The notes under the pieces were generated by a model that saw nothing but the letters and a program-made list of their open reading frames with translations, was not told the DNA's origin and ran no database searches. From an uncultured Clostridia bacterium (GTDB taxonomy: Bacteria > Bacillota > Clostridia > Oscillospirales > CAG-272), in contig CANRFY010000002.1 in NCBI GenBank assembly GCA_947630015.1, positions 54,710 through 118,709 of the forward strand: 64,000 nt of DNA, written 5' to 3'. The translations under genes were made by a program, and so were the position numbers. This document shows positions 47,062-55,138 of this stretch, one piece after another (the stretch's first letter is position 1; each line of letters begins with the position of its first letter).

Positions 47062-47425
47062 GGATGGTTTTTGGGGTTTCACCCCAAACCCTGACTTAAG
47101 GGGGGCTTTTGAGAAAGCCCCCCTTAAGAATCCCCGCAAAACTTTCCTGACAAGGGGTATATGGCAAGTGTGTTTGCTTCTGCATCGCACGTTCGTGCAA
47201 GGGCGAAGTAGTCGCGCGGAGCGCGAACACCGCCTCGCGGGGCGCTGCCCCGCACCCCGCTTAAGAAACTTTCCGCAAGCGGAAAGTTTCTTAAGAATCC
47301 CCGCAAAACTTTCCCTACAAGGGGTATAGGGCAAGTGTGTTTGCCTCTGCATCGCACGTTTGTGCAAGGGCGAAGTAGTCGCGCAAGCGCGAACACCGCC
47401 TCGCGGGGCGGATGCGTTCAGCTTT
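47062..47425. repeat. Mosaic-repeat locus E (inverted orientation)
   Basis: Starts 4 nt after the ABC gene stop with GGTTTTTGGGGtttcaCCCCAAACC. Next is CTTAAG-GGGGGCTTTtgagAAAGCCCCC-CTTAAG (47095-47128). Two scaffold units follow, separated by CTTAAG-AAACTTTCCGCAAGCGGAAAGTTT-CTTAAG (47260-47295). Confidence 0.9.
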
Positions 47426-47544
47426 GCGATGCGCGGTTTAAAGCGGGGCTTATCGGAACATATTGTGAAAAAGGACGCCGCCCCTGTGGCGGCGTTCTTT
47501 TATAGCATAAATCCGACATAATGAATGATTTTCGCAAAATCCAC

Positions 47545-47574
47545 TTGACAATCCAAATCTTTTATGTATATAAT
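47545..47574 (+). promoter_or_regulatory. Sigma-A-type promoter of rpmH operon (TTGACA-18-TATAAT)
   Basis: -35 at 47545-47550 and -10 at 47569-47574. It is about 80 nt upstream of rpmH. Confidence 0.65.
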
Positions 47575-47655
47575 ATTACCTGTGTTATGTCGAGGCCAAC
47601 ATACCGATCAAAACAGGTTTTGAACACATAAAGGAAGAGGAGGAGGTGCCGACAG

Positions 47656-47790
47656 ATGAAGAGAACTTACCAGCCCAAGAAGCTCCAGAGGCAGAAGGAG
47701 CACGGCTTCATGAAGAGGATGAAGACCGCTAACGGACGCAAGGTTTTAAAGAGAAGACGCGATAAGGGCAGAGCTCGCCTCTCTTATTGA
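47656..47790 (+). CDS. rpmH: 50S ribosomal protein L34
   Basis: Too short for the ORF track. It is preceded by GGAGGAGG. Translation: [44 protein letters not shown]. Confidence 0.95.
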   Translation: MKRTYQPKKLQRQKEHGFMKRMKTANGRKVLKRRRDKGRARLSY

Positions 47791-47890
47791 TCCACAAACG
47801 CGAAAGACCCGCCGACCCGTGGCATTCAGTCACAGAATCGGAGGGTTTTCGGTTAGTATGGGAGCGGGAACATCCCGCGAAAACGCCGCA

Positions 47891-48238
47891 ATGAAGATAC
47901 AAACGGTATGTGACAACAGAACCTTCCAGCGCGCCTACAGGCGCGGCAGGAAGCACGCGGGGCGATACGTCGTCGTATATGATCTGCCGGCGAAAGGCTC
48001 GTTCCCCGACACGCGGCTCGGATTGACTGTTACAAAGGGACGCGGCGGCGCCGTTGTGCGCAACCGCATCAAGCGCATCATCCGCGCCGCATTTTTTGAC
48101 ATTGCGAAAAGGCGTCCCGTCGAGGGCGGCCACGATATTATCATTGTGGCGCGCGACGCTGCGCGCGACGCGAAATCGACCGACATTATACCCGAGCTGG
48201 AGCTTGCGCTATCGGCGCTGTCGGTACTTGAGCGATGA
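47891..48238 (+). CDS. rnpA: Ribonuclease P protein component
   Basis: Start taken at ATG 47891 (MKIQTV...). Contains [10 protein letters not shown] and the RNR motif [14 protein letters not shown]. It follows rpmH. The track ORF starts at 47819. Confidence 0.85.
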   Translation: MKIQTVCDNRTFQRAYRRGRKHAGRYVVVYDLPAKGSFPDTRLGLTVTKGRGGAVVRNRIKRIIRAAFFDIAKRRPVEGGHDIIIVARDAARDAKSTDIIPELELALSALSVLER

Positions 48239-48489
48239 AGCGCGCGCTGATTTGGCTCATACGCCTCTATCAGCGGTACGTATCCCCGCTGAAGCGGACG
48301 CCGTCGTGCAGATTTACCCCGACCTGTTCGCAGTATGCGATCGACGCCGTCAGCGAATGGGGCGTTATTATCGGGGTTGGCCTTGCCGTATGGCGGATAC
48401 TGAGATGCAATCCGTTCTGCCGCGGCGGATACGATCCCGTCCCAAAGCGCAAAAAGCGCAGCTCGGGCGGCGGCATGACGCATGATTAA
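48235..48489 (+). CDS. yidD: Membrane protein insertion efficiency factor YidD
   Basis: 84 aa with [11 protein letters not shown]....[12 protein letters not shown] and LRCNPF..GGYDPVP. ATGA overlap with rnpA. Confidence 0.9.
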   Translation: MKRALIWLIRLYQRYVSPLKRTPSCRFTPTCSQYAIDAVSEWGVIIGVGLAVWRILRCNPFCRGGYDPVPKRKKRSSGGGMTHD

Positions 48490-48564
48490 CGATCGAAAAT
48501 TTGCCGGACGGCGGCACGGTCACGCCGGACGGCCACAATCGGATCTGACCGGGAAAACGATTTT

Positions 48565-50184
48565 ATGACAAGAAAAAGAAAAAAACATTCTCCGTATTCG
48601 CTGCGGATCGCGATAATGATCCTCACGGTCGCGGCGTTCGTCGTCACGATGGCGCTGCCCGTATTTGCCGATACGCCCGACACATCCGCCGACGACGGCG
48701 GCGAGGTTTCCGAGATATCGGCGCTCACCGTCAAAAAGACGGCAGAAAAGGAATCGAACGGCAAATACACGTTTACCGTCACGCTTTCGGACAAGACCGT
48801 AAACGGTCAATTCAACGCCGTCTCGGAAAACGATCTCGCCATGACGTTTGAAAACGGTGTCGCGACGTTTGAGATCGCCGACAACGGAGCCGCCTCCGCG
48901 TTGGGACTTCCGTCCGGCGTCAGTTACGTGGTCGAGATCGACGGCAAAGACGATTCCGTTTCGAGCGTAGGTTCGAGCGGGACTCTCGCCGCAGGCGTCA
49001 ATTCCGTCGCCGTATTCGACTCATACGATCCCGCCGACAGCTCGGGATTCGGTCTTTTTGACATTCTGCTCGTGCCGATGGGCTTCATCATCCGCATCTG
49101 CTACATGGTGACGCACAACTATGCGGCGGCGCTGCTTCTGTTTGCGATCGTGATGCAGCTGCTTTTGTTCCCGCTCGGCATCAAGCAGCAGAAGAACATG
49201 AACAAGCAGGCGTCGCTTCGTCCGAAGGAGCTTGCAATCCGCAAGAAATATGCGGGCAGAACCGATTCCGTTACGCAGAAAAAAGTCAACGAAGAGATCA
49301 TGGCGCTCTATCAGCAGGAAAATTTCAATCCCGCGAGCGGATGTCTGCCGCTTCTGATCCAGCTCCCCATCATCTTCGCGCTGTTCGCCGTTGTGCGCGA
49401 GCCGCTGAAATATATCACGCGTCTCCCCGCCAACATCATTTCGTCGCTCAACAGACTGTTTACGGGACTCGGCACGACCTCCGTCGGCTATGAGCAGATC
49501 GGAGCCGTATCGTATCTGAAGGATCAGGGCGCCTCCGCCGTCGGCGGATTCGGCGATCACATCTCCCAGACTGTAGTGGACGCGATGCCGACGTTCAAGA
49601 TATTCGGCGGCGCGTTCGATCTCTCCGTCCCGCCGTCGACAAAGATCTGGAGCATTTATCTTCTCGTGCCGATTCTGACGTTCGTCTTCATGTACGGCTC
49701 GATGAAGCTGACGCGCAAATTCACCTATCAGCCGCAGCCGGCGGCCGGCGACACGCAGTCGACGGCGTCCATGAAGATCATGGAATTCGTCTCGCCCGCG
49801 ATGTGTACGTATTTCGCGTTCATAGTGCCGTCCGCGATCGGCATTTACTGGATCTACCGCAACATTCTCTCGTTCGTTCAGCAGGTGATCCTGTCCAAGA
49901 TCTATCCGACCCCGACGTTCACCGACGAGGAACTCAAAGCCGCCGAGCGCGAATATCTCGGCAAGACGAAGAAAACGTCCAAGAGCGAACGCGATCCGAA
50001 CGCTCCGCGTCCGCGTTCTCTGCACCGCATAGATTTTGACGACGACGATGACGATACCGCGTCCGCGCCGTCCGCGCCCGCGCCGTCCGAAAAGAAAAAG
50101 GATCCTTTGCTTGCTCCCGCGCCATTGAAGGACGACGACGACGGCAAAAGCGGCGGCGGCGACAGCGAATCAAAGGACAAATAA
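48565..50184 (+). CDS. yidC: YidC/Oxa1-family membrane insertase with an extra N-terminal extracytoplasmic Ig-like domain
   Basis: The YidC core starts at about aa 175 (NYAAALLLFAIVMQLLLFPLGIKQQKNM ... GCLPLLIQLPIIFALF). It is preceded by a signal anchor and a beta-rich segment of about 130 aa. The C-terminal tail is charged. Confidence 0.85.
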   Translation: MTRKRKKHSPYSLRIAIMILTVAAFVVTMALPVFADTPDTSADDGGEVSEISALTVKKTAEKESNGKYTFTVTLSDKTVNGQFNAVSENDLAMTFENGVATFEIADNGAASALGLPSGVSYVVEIDGKDDSVSSVGSSGTLAAGVNSVAVFDSYDPADSSGFGLFDILLVPMGFIIRICYMVTHNYAAALLLFAIVMQLLLFPLGIKQQKNMNKQASLRPKELAIRKKYAGRTDSVTQKKVNEEIMALYQQENFNPASGCLPLLIQLPIIFALFAVVREPLKYITRLPANIISSLNRLFTGLGTTSVGYEQIGAVSYLKDQGASAVGGFGDHISQTVVDAMPTFKIFGGAFDLSVPPSTKIWSIYLLVPILTFVFMYGSMKLTRKFTYQPQPAAGDTQSTASMKIMEFVSPAMCTYFAFIVPSAIGIYWIYRNILSFVQQVILSKIYPTPTFTDEELKAAEREYLGKTKKTSKSERDPNAPRPRSLHRIDFDDDDDDTASAPSAPAPSEKKKDPLLAPAPLKDDDDGKSGGGDSESKDK

Positions 50185-50205
50185 TACGAAAGGACAAGCC
50201 GTAAA

Positions 50206-50856
50206 ATGAAACAGGAAATAACAGTCACGGGCAAGACCGTCGAGGAAGCGCTTGCGTCCGCAAGGTCGCAGATATCCGTCGAGGGAGCCGAGATGGAATA
50301 TGAAATAGTAGATTTCCCGAAGAAGGGCTTTCTCGGGATCGGCGCGACTCCCTACGTCATAAAGGTCACCTACAATATACCCGAAGAAGAACCCGCGCTC
50401 GCGTTCGTAAAATCGCTGCTCGAATCTCTCGAGCTTGACGCGACGGTCACCGCCGTCGACGGCGAGGAGGGCGAGATGAAGATCAGCATCGACGGCGAAG
50501 GCGCAGGGCTTCTGATCGGCCATCACGGCGAAACGCTCGATTCGCTCCAGTATCTTGCAAGTCTCGCCGGCGCGCGCTCGAAATCCGACGATGCCGGCAA
50601 GCGCAGGATCATCGTCGACATCGAGGGCTATCGCGAAAAGCGCGCCGAAACGCTCCGTTCGCTCGCCCGCCGTATGTCGGCGCGCGTGCTGAAATACAAG
50701 CGCAGCGTCACGCTCGAGCCGATGAATCCCTACGAGCGCCGCATAATTCATTCCGAGGTGCAGAACATCGAGGGCGTCACGACCCATTCGATCGGCACCG
50801 ACGCAGACCGCCGCATCGTGATAAGCCTCGACCGCGGCGAACGCGCGGATCAGTGA
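50206..50856 (+). CDS. jag: Jag/KhpB RNA-binding protein (Jag_N, KH, R3H)
   Basis: 216 aa with LIGHHGETLDSLQYL (KH) and LEPMNPYERRIIHSEV (R3H). It follows yidC. Confidence 0.9.
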   Translation: MKQEITVTGKTVEEALASARSQISVEGAEMEYEIVDFPKKGFLGIGATPYVIKVTYNIPEEEPALAFVKSLLESLELDATVTAVDGEEGEMKISIDGEGAGLLIGHHGETLDSLQYLASLAGARSKSDDAGKRRIIVDIEGYREKRAETLRSLARRMSARVLKYKRSVTLEPMNPYERRIIHSEVQNIEGVTTHSIGTDADRRIVISLDRGERADQ

Positions 50857-50867
50857 TCGCATCTTTC

Positions 50868-50907
50868 GGGGGGCGCGTCCGTCACGGACGGCCCCCCGCA
50901 GCTTTTT
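50868..50907 (+). terminator. Intrinsic terminator/attenuator between jag and mnmE
   Basis: GGGGGGC-g-CGTCCG-tca-CGGACG-GCCCCCC hairpin (13 bp with one bulge) followed by GCAGCTTTTT. Confidence 0.65.
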
Positions 50908-50945
50908 CAGAGTCCAATTTGCAGTTGTGAACGGAGGATCGTAAA

Positions 50946-52331
50946 ATGCATATGACCGACACGATCGCGGCAGTCTCGACGCCGCGCGGCACGGGCGGGA
51001 TCGCGGTTCTGCGCGTATCGGGCGGCGACGCCGTAAAAATATGCTCGCGCGTGTTCCGTCCCGCGTCGCGCCGTTCCCTTGACGAGATACCGCACGCCTC
51101 CGCCGTTTACGGCGCGATCCTGCGCGCCCCCGACGGGGATACGCTCGATCACGGCATCGCGACCGTTTTCCGCGCCCCGCGCTCATATACGGGCGAGGAT
51201 ACTGTCGAGATCAGCTGCCACGGCGGCGCGCTTTTGACCGAATATGTGCTTGCCGCGATCCTGTCTGCGGGCGCGCGTCAGGCGGAGGCGGGTGAATTTA
51301 CGCGCCGCGCGTTCGCCTCGGGAAAGCTGACGCTTTCCGAGGCCGAGGCCGTCGGCAATCTCATCCACGCTAAAACGGGCGCTCAGATAGACGCGGCGGC
51401 CCCGACGCTTTCGCCCGCGGTCGCCGAGATCGCGGATTTGCTGACAAGTCTGATCGCGCGCGCCTCCGTCGTCGTCGATTATCCGGACGAGGATCTTGCC
51501 GATATTTCGCCCGACGAACTGCGCCGGTGCGCCGCCGACGCCGCTCTGCGGCTCCAAAAGCTGCAAGCGACGTACAGAACGGGACGCGCCGTCGTCGAGG
51601 GCGTCGTCACCGTGATCTGCGGGCGCCCGAACGCGGGCAAAAGCACGCTTTACAATTTGTTCGCGGGCGAGGATGCCGCCATCGTCACCGATATTGCCGG
51701 CACAACGCGCGATACTCTGACGCGCGACGTTGCGGCCGGCCGCGTTCTTCTGCGGCTCTCCGATACGGCCGGCATCCGCGAAGCTCACGATTCGATCGAA
51801 TCGATCGGCGTCGAACGCGCCCGCGCGAGGATCGCGGACGCGGAGCTTCTCATCGCGGTCCACGACGCGCATCTGCCGCCCGACGACGTCGACCGCGAGA
51901 TCCTGTCCTCATCCGCGCGCGTCAAGATCGCCGTCATAAACAAGCTTGACGATCCCGATTCGGCGGGCGGCGAGGTCGCCGCCGAATACCGCGCGCTTGC
52001 CGAGTCTGCGGGCGCGATCCCCGTCGACGCGTCGCTCATATCGGGGCGCGGATTCGATCAAATCGTCGCCGCAATCGAAGGTTCCCTCACCGACGGCTCG
52101 CTCGTGCTTGGTCACGACGCGATCGTGACGAACGCGCGTCAGGCGGCGCAGATCGGCGAGGCGCTCGACGGCGTCGATTCCGCCGTCGACGCGCTCGACG
52201 CTGGCGCGCCCGTCGATATTGCGGTGTGCGAGCTTCAGCGCGCGCTCGACGCGCTCCTGCGCCTCGACGGACGCCAAACGGCCGACGAGGTGCTTGACGA
52301 GATTTTCAGTAAATTCTGCGTCGGGAAGTAG
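50946..52331 (+). CDS. mnmE: tRNA modification GTPase MnmE (TrmE)
   Basis: 461 aa with DTIAAVSTPRGTGGIAVLRVSG, G1 motif GRPNAGKSTL, DTAGIRE and the C-terminal FCVGK. Confidence 0.95.
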   Translation: MHMTDTIAAVSTPRGTGGIAVLRVSGGDAVKICSRVFRPASRRSLDEIPHASAVYGAILRAPDGDTLDHGIATVFRAPRSYTGEDTVEISCHGGALLTEYVLAAILSAGARQAEAGEFTRRAFASGKLTLSEAEAVGNLIHAKTGAQIDAAAPTLSPAVAEIADLLTSLIARASVVVDYPDEDLADISPDELRRCAADAALRLQKLQATYRTGRAVVEGVVTVICGRPNAGKSTLYNLFAGEDAAIVTDIAGTTRDTLTRDVAAGRVLLRLSDTAGIREAHDSIESIGVERARARIADAELLIAVHDAHLPPDDVDREILSSSARVKIAVINKLDDPDSAGGEVAAEYRALAESAGAIPVDASLISGRGFDQIVAAIEGSLTDGSLVLGHDAIVTNARQAAQIGEALDGVDSAVDALDAGAPVDIAVCELQRALDALLRLDGRQTADEVLDEIFSKFCVGK

Positions 52332-52334
52332 GCA

Positions 52335-53305
52335 GGGGGGAAGGATGAGACGTGGCGGTACTTTATATGCTTTGCCTAAGTTTTTACAAAGTTTGGATTT
52401 TATCAAAATCTCTCTTTATATTGCAAAGAGCGGTTTGGGATGAGAATTTTTTCTTGCAAAGAGCTGATTTGGGATGAGGACCGTTTCTTCAAAAGAAAGG
52501 GTCCTCCCCCAACCCCCCTCTCCAAAAGAACAACGCGCGTTCGCTGTGTGCGAACAGCTCATCGCGGAGCGGTTGCTTTCACTGACGCGCTAAAATCCAC
52601 GAAGTGAAGACTTTCAGCGCCACCTTTTTACGAGGTGAGCTTCTTTTCTTTAAAAAGAAAAGAACCTCCCTCGCGCACCCTCAAGAAAAGAAACGCATCG
52701 CCCGTTTGTGTAGCAAAAAATGCTCAATCGCAGGTTGCCCCAAAATAAGCAATGCGTTCACTTCGGTGGACGCAATTTATTTCAGCAAAAATTTTCACAC
52801 CTACCACAATTCAACCCCTCTATTGACACACCTCACTCCATGTGCCGTAGGCTTGCCAGCCTCACCTACGCGTACCACGCGCGTGCGATGTTCGACGCTG
52901 CCAGCGTCCGAATGATTGTTACATTTCAGGCGGCGCAGTCAAATAAGTTCGCGTGGGAGCTGTTAGTAGGGGCGATATCGCGTTCGCACTGACATAAACC
53001 CTCAAGGAAGCACAAAACTGCGCGCCAACCGGTGCGAACCGTCTCGTATCTCTTTGTGAATCCCATTTGTTCGCACGACACGAGCGGAATCTGACGATGC
53101 CAGTAAGCGGTAAACCAAGACAGAATAACCTCGATCTCGACCCGCCGCGCGGAGGCACGGACGCGCTTGACGACATAATATCGCGGTTTACGCCCGAAAC
53201 GCTCCTGCCGCCGACTGGAGTGGAATTGACGCCACCGGCAAGCCGTTTTCTGGGATTGTTAAGGGTCTCTTTGCCGGCCAGCAAAGAGACCCTTAACTCT
53301 TTTTT
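52335..53305. repeat. ~1-kb non-coding tract of decayed mosaic-repeat fragments and hairpins
   Basis: No credible ORF, and visibly less GC-rich than the flanking genes. Degenerate matches to the scaffold unit: 52550-52572 vs 47389-47411, 52695-52714 vs 47349-47368, and 52993-53020 vs CATAACCCTTGTAAGGAAAGTTTTG. A direct repeat TTGCAAAGAGCnGnTTTGGGATGAG occurs twice (52421-52444 and 52454-52478). Palindromes are at 52638-52664 and 53259-53296. Confidence 0.7.
53259..53305 (+). terminator. Strong terminator-like hairpin (TTAAG-bounded palindrome + T-tract)
   Basis: 16-bp stem TTAAGGGTCTCTTTGC-cggcca-GCAAAGAGACCCTTAA followed by CTCTTTTTT on the plus strand only. Confidence 0.7.
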
Positions 53306-53456
53306 AACTTTGTAAAAGTTTTTGATGAGGAATAGTGAGAATCGCGATAGAACAATTTCATTTCAGCCTTTTCAAAGGTTTTCGCTGCGGCTTGGCGAGA
53401 ATCGCCAAGGAAAATCCTCTGCTTGTGCGCTTTTCGCGCCCCGAATAACGACACAC

Positions 53457-53485
53457 TTGCACACGCGGGAGAAATGTGGTAAGAT
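53457..53485 (+). promoter_or_regulatory. Candidate promoter of dusB (TTGCAC-17-TAAGAT)
   Basis: -35 at 53457-53462 and -10 at 53480-53485, about 35 nt upstream of the dusB ATG (RBS AAGGAGG). Confidence 0.4.
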
Positions 53486-53519
53486 AGGATAAGCAAGCCA
53501 CGGGAAAGGAGGCGCGGGA

Positions 53520-54521
53520 ATGGACTTTGGCGCGATAGGCGGAATTCCGCTCGGCGGACGCGTGATAAAAAACGGCGTGATGCTCGCCCCGATGGCGGGC
53601 GCGACGGATCACGCAATGCGAGTGATATGCCGCGGGCATGGAATGGAATATTCCGTATCTGAAATGGTATCGGCAAAAGCGATGTCGCACGACGACAAAA
53701 AAACGCGCCGCCTTTATGAGATACGGGACGACGACGGCATGATGGGAGTGCAGATATTCGGCTCCGATCCCGAAACCATGGCGCGCGCGGCGCGCACGCT
53801 CGCGGAAGGAACGCCGAACAAGCCGGCGGCGATCGATATAAATATGGGTTGCCCCGTGACGAAAATCGTAAAAAACGGCTACGGCTCCGCATTGATGCGG
53901 TCGCCGAAGCTCGCCGCCGATATAGTGCGCGCGTGCGCGCGCGCGCTCGAGGGGACAGGGATCCCCGTCACCGTAAAAATTCGCGCTGGCTGGGATGGAA
54001 ATAAAAACGCCGTCGAGGTCGCGAAACGCGTCGAGGACGCCGGCGCGTCCATGATAACGGTACACGGCAGAACGCGCGAGCAGATGTATTCCCCGCCGGT
54101 CAATCTTGAAATAATCGCGGACGTGAAGGACGCAGTCTCGGCGCCTGTCGTCGGCAACGGCGACGTCAGATCGTGGCGGGACGCTGTCGAAATGCTCGAT
54201 AAAACGGGCGTCGACGGGATCGCGATCGGTCGGGGCGCACTCGGCAATCCGTGGATATTCGAGGAAATAAACGCACATATGAACGGCGTCGATTGGACGC
54301 CGCCGACGCCGGCGGAGAGGATCGCGGAGGCAATAAAACACGCGGAGCTGCTCGTCGCCGATAAGGGCGGAAGGATCGGCCTTTTTGAATCGAGAAAACA
54401 TCTGGCATGGTATATACACGGCATGAGAGGCGCGCCGGAGGCGCGCGACCGTATAATGCGCGCCGAAACGCTCGACGAGATGAGAAACATCCTGCTTTCG
54501 ATGGAGGCGGCGCTTTTATGA
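53520..54521 (+). CDS. dusB: tRNA-dihydrouridine synthase (DusB-like)
   Basis: 333 aa with LAPMAGATDHAMR, IDINMGCPV, TVKIRAGWD and ITVHGRTREQMY, the typical Dus TIM-barrel motifs. Confidence 0.9.
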   Translation: MDFGAIGGIPLGGRVIKNGVMLAPMAGATDHAMRVICRGHGMEYSVSEMVSAKAMSHDDKKTRRLYEIRDDDGMMGVQIFGSDPETMARAARTLAEGTPNKPAAIDINMGCPVTKIVKNGYGSALMRSPKLAADIVRACARALEGTGIPVTVKIRAGWDGNKNAVEVAKRVEDAGASMITVHGRTREQMYSPPVNLEIIADVKDAVSAPVVGNGDVRSWRDAVEMLDKTGVDGIAIGRGALGNPWIFEEINAHMNGVDWTPPTPAERIAEAIKHAELLVADKGGRIGLFESRKHLAWYIHGMRGAPEARDRIMRAETLDEMRNILLSMEAALL

Positions 54522-55108
54522 ATATGACGGATATAACGGATCAGGAGCTGTACAGGCTTTCCGCCGAGGGCAGTGAGGACGCGTTCTCGGAGCTTTTGAA
54601 ACGATATGAATCGATGGCGTATAACGTCGCATATTCGATCCTCCGCGACCGCGAGGACGCGTTCGACGCGGCGCAGGAGGCGCTCTTGCGAGTCTGGAGA
54701 TCGGCGGGAAAATATAAGGGCCGCTGCGCGGTCAAATCGTGGATATACGGGATCGCGAAAAACGCCGCGCTCGACGCGGCGCGCGCAAAACGATCGCATA
54801 TGACGGCGAGCCTCGACGAGATCGCGGACGCCGCCGATTCCGCAGAGGAGGAAGCGTCAAGACGCGACGACATCGAAAACGTGCGCGCCGCGATTTCGAT
54901 GCTGCCGGAGCATTACCGCGAGGCGATCGAGCTGCGAGAGCTTTACGATATGTCGTATGAGGAAATTTCCGAGGCGGCGGGCATACCGATCGGAACCGTC
55001 AAGAGCAGACTGGCGCGCGCACATGAGGCGCTGCGCGCGATCCTGTGCGAAAAATTCGGCTACGGCGGAACAAATCGCGGCGGCGATCAGTCTAAGGAGA
55101 TGAAATAA
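54518..55108 (+). CDS. ECF-type sigma-70 family RNA polymerase sigma factor
   Basis: Start at ATG 54518, an ATGA overlap with the dusB stop. Region 2 is FSELLKRYESMAYNVAYSILRDREDAFDAAQEALLRVW. The region 4 HTH is MSYEEISEAAGIPIGTVKSRLARA. Confidence 0.85.
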   Translation: MNMTDITDQELYRLSAEGSEDAFSELLKRYESMAYNVAYSILRDREDAFDAAQEALLRVWRSAGKYKGRCAVKSWIYGIAKNAALDAARAKRSHMTASLDEIADAADSAEEEASRRDDIENVRAAISMLPEHYREAIELRELYDMSYEEISEAAGIPIGTVKSRLARAHEALRAILCEKFGYGGTNRGGDQSKEMK

Positions 55109-55138
55109 GGCGTCATCGGATGATGAACGGGGCATGAT

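Noticed and set aside
52335-53519. Degraded mnmG pseudogene, or a known large ncRNA (RNase P RNA, tmRNA, SRP RNA, group II intron)
   Set aside because: No frame gives MnmG-like peptides (no GxGxAG FAD motif). I could not find the hallmark strings of RNase P (GAGGAAAGTCC), a tmRNA/tRNA-like 3' end, the SRP GGAA tetraloop context or a group II domain V. A model-based search is still needed.
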